Under the pieces are notes generated by a model. It was given only the letters and a program-made list of their open reading frames with translations. It did not search any database and had not been told where the DNA came from. This document shows, one piece after another, positions 61,724 to 64,000 of a DNA stretch of 64,000 bases. The stretch is taken from assembly GCA_965223505.1 (NCBI GenBank), contig CBDCWP010000030.1:192001-256000 (forward strand), read 5' to 3'. A program made the translations under genes and the position numbers. Source of the stretch: Planctomycetota bacterium. Lineage in GTDB: Bacteria; Planctomycetota; PLA2; JAEUHO01. Within the stretch, counting starts at the first letter, position 1; every line of letters starts with the position of its first letter.

Positions 61724-62551
61724 ATGGACAAGTTGGCACTCGTATTGGCCGTTGCGGCCGTCGCACTCGCGGGCTGGACCGCGTTCGGCGCCGGACATTC
61801 CGCCGGCACGGACGTGGAGCGTCTGGATTCGTTGGATGCGTCGGTTTCCGAGCTGACTGCGTCCATCGCGTCGCTCGAGAAGCGGATCGGAGAGATTCCC
61901 TCCGCGGCCATGGTCGGCAACGGCGGCATGACGGGCGATGACGCGGGCCTCGAAGGCAACGTACGCCCCGCGACGATGTCGGACCGCGTCGCCGAGCTCG
62001 AGAAAACCGTCAAGGATCAGAACGAGCGGCTCGCGTCGATGCAGGATCAGGTCGACAAGCAGCCGGGCGCCGGGCGCTTCATCAGCCCGCGGCATTCGAT
62101 CTTCTTCCGCAGCGTCGACGACGCCGCCAAGCAGCTCGAGCTCGATCCCGGGCAGCGCGCCCAGATGGACCGCATCATCGAGTCCACGAAACGTGAGCTC
62201 GAGGACCTCTACAACACGCCCAACGACGAAGGCAAGACGTGGGCGGAGATGAAGAAGTTCAACCTCAAGAAGCTGACCAGCGGCGACGCGAGTGACGGCA
62301 TCGTCGCGTTTACCTCGAACTTCGCCAAGATCGCCAAGTTCAAGAAAACGAAGATTCCCGGCAGCAACGAGACCTTCGGCGAAGCGGAGACGCGCATCAA
62401 GAACCTCGCCAAGGAGAACATCGGCGAGACGCTGAACCAGGAGCAGAAGGAGAAGTGGGACAACGCCCACACCGATCACCTCGTCGGCGGCGGCGGCTCC
62501 AGCATGACGTTCTCGTCGGTCGTGATGGAACGCGAGGCCGAAGACAAGTAG
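61724..62551 (+). CDS. Secreted coiled-coil hypothetical protein
   Basis: GGAG RBS, signal/TM segment, coiled coil, LNQEQKEKW motif. Confidence 0.75.
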   Translation: MDKLALVLAVAAVALAGWTAFGAGHSAGTDVERLDSLDASVSELTASIASLEKRIGEIPSAAMVGNGGMTGDDAGLEGNVRPATMSDRVAELEKTVKDQNERLASMQDQVDKQPGAGRFISPRHSIFFRSVDDAAKQLELDPGQRAQMDRIIESTKRELEDLYNTPNDEGKTWAEMKKFNLKKLTSGDASDGIVAFTSNFAKIAKFKKTKIPGSNETFGEAETRIKNLAKENIGETLNQEQKEKWDNAHTDHLVGGGGSSMTFSSVVMEREAEDK

Positions 62552-62577
62552 CAGACGCCGTTTTCGGCGAGCGACGG

Positions 62578-64000
62578 TCAGTCGCCCTTGATCGTCTCCA
62601 AAGCCTCGAGCGCTTCGTTCCGCGCCTCGGCGTGATCGACGATCGGATTCGGATACGTCTCGCCCAGCCGCACGTCCGCGTCGGCGAGCACGTCGTCCGA
62701 CGCCTCCCAAGGCGCGTGGATGTGTTCGGTCGGTAGCGCCGCCAGCTCGGGCACCCAGCGCCGCACGTAGGCACCGTCGGGATCGAATTTCTTGCCCTGC
62801 AAGACCGGGTTGAACACACGGAAGTAGGGCGCCGCGTCCGCGCCGCAGCCCGCGACCCACTGCCAGCTCGCGCTGTTGTTCGCGAGATCGGCGTCGACCA
62901 GCGTGTCCCAGAACCAGGCCGCGCCGTCCTGCCACGGTAGGAGCAGGTCCTTCACGAGGAACGACGCCGCGATCATGCGGACGCGGTTGTGCATCCACCC
63001 CGTGTGCCAGAGCTCGCGCAGGCCGGCATCGACGATCGGATACCCCGTGCGCCCCTTCTGCCACGCGGACAGCTGGTCCGCGTCGTCGCGCCACGGGAAG
63101 TCCGCGAACTCGGGTCGGAAAGGCGCCTCCGGCAGGTCGGGCCAATGATGAAGCAGGTGATACGAGAACTCGCGCCAGCCCAGCTCGCGCAAGAACGCAT
63201 CCGCGCCCTTGGCTTCGTTGCCGACGCGGTCCGCCGCCGCGGCCTCGTGGCGGCACTGGCGCGGGCCGATCTCGCCGAAGTGCAGATGGGGCGAGAGCCG
63301 TGAGGTGCCTTCGATGTCGGGGCGGTCACGTTGTGACGCATAGTCCGCGATCGGTCCGTCGAGGAACGCCCGCAGCCGCTCCTGCGCGCCGGCCTCGCCC
63401 GGCGTCCACGTCTCGCGCAAGCCGCCGGCCCAGTCGGGCCGCGTGGGCAACAGGCGCCAGCTGGCGAGGTCGTCGGACGCGGGCGCAGACGTGGGCGCGC
63501 GAAGGGTGTCGGGCGCGGCGACCGTCGGCTCGGGTTCCGGCCGCGCCAAGCAGGCTTTCCAGAAGGGCGTGAAGACGCGGTAGGGCTCCCCGGACTTGTT
63601 CGCGACGTCCTCGGGCTCGTAGAGCAACACGCCGCCGAAACGCTTGCAGGCGACACCGCGCTCCTCGAGGGCTTTGGCCAGCGCGGGCTCGGCCTCGGCG
63701 TCGTCGGGCTCGTACCCGCGTGTCCAGTGGACGGCGGTCGCACCCGTCTCCTCGATCAGCTCGTCGAGCACGTCTTCGATGCGGCCCTTGCGCAGCACGA
63801 GCATCGAACCGGCGTCCTCCAACGACGCCTGCAGCGACGCCAGGCTGTGGTGCAGCCACCAGCGGCTCGCCCCACCGAGAGACGCGCGCTCGTCGAACAC
63901 GTAGAGCGGGATGACGGGGCGGCCCGTATCGACGGCCGCCTTCAGGGCCGGGTTGTCCGCGAGCCGAAGATCCCGACGAAACCAGTGGATGACCGGATCA
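62578..64000 (-). CDS. phrB: Deoxyribodipyrimidine photolyase (class I), 5' end outside window
   Basis: HWFRRDLRLADNPAL, TSRLSPHLHFGEI, WREF, GRTGYPIVDAG, WMHNRVRM, WQWVAGCG.DAAPYFRVFNP. Confidence 0.96.
   Translation of the reverse strand, partial: DPVIHWFRRDLRLADNPALKAAVDTGRPVIPLYVFDERASLGGASRWWLHHSLASLQASLEDAGSMLVLRKGRIEDVLDELIEETGATAVHWTRGYEPDDAEAEPALAKALEERGVACKRFGGVLLYEPEDVANKSGEPYRVFTPFWKACLARPEPEPTVAAPDTLRAPTSAPASDDLASWRLLPTRPDWAGGLRETWTPGEAGAQERLRAFLDGPIADYASQRDRPDIEGTSRLSPHLHFGEIGPRQCRHEAAAADRVGNEAKGADAFLRELGWREFSYHLLHHWPDLPEAPFRPEFADFPWRDDADQLSAWQKGRTGYPIVDAGLRELWHTGWMHNRVRMIAASFLVKDLLLPWQDGAAWFWDTLVDADLANNSASWQWVAGCGADAAPYFRVFNPVLQGKKFDPDGAYVRRWVPELAALPTEHIHAPWEASDDVLADADVRLGETYPNPIVDHAEARNEALEALETIKGD

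Overview
GC-rich bacterial window; the gene content is Planctomycetota-like, which is a weak inference. Most of it is ordinary chromosome: TPM-domain pair, acpS, kdsA/kdsB, lysA, FliA/WhiG-type sigma factor, glyQS, pyrG, RluA/RluD synthase, a methylmalonyl-CoA mutase/epimerase/acyl-CoA carboxylase cluster and a photolyase. Two accessory regions stand out. (1) 7187-18048 is a composite island at tRNA-Thr(CGT) with one intact tRNA and two copies of its 3' part. Each 3' copy adjoins the same ~95-bp arm and a diverged copy of the same unknown gene pair. The island also holds a broken tyrosine integrase, two IS256 copies, an HUH/RAYT-like gene bounded by 33-bp inverted repeats, and an IS1111-type IS110 element that sits inside one of those repeats and carries a bridge/seekRNA-sized noncoding region. 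(2) 38892-47527 is a tandem array of Ser/Thr kinase-STAND ATPase-TPR (NLR-like) genes with near-identical N-termini, conserved extreme C-termini and divergent TPR regions. It includes an orphan third C-terminus and an interleaved nucleotidyltransferase pair. No CRISPR array or rRNA was seen. All calls were made by eye from motifs; no searches were run.
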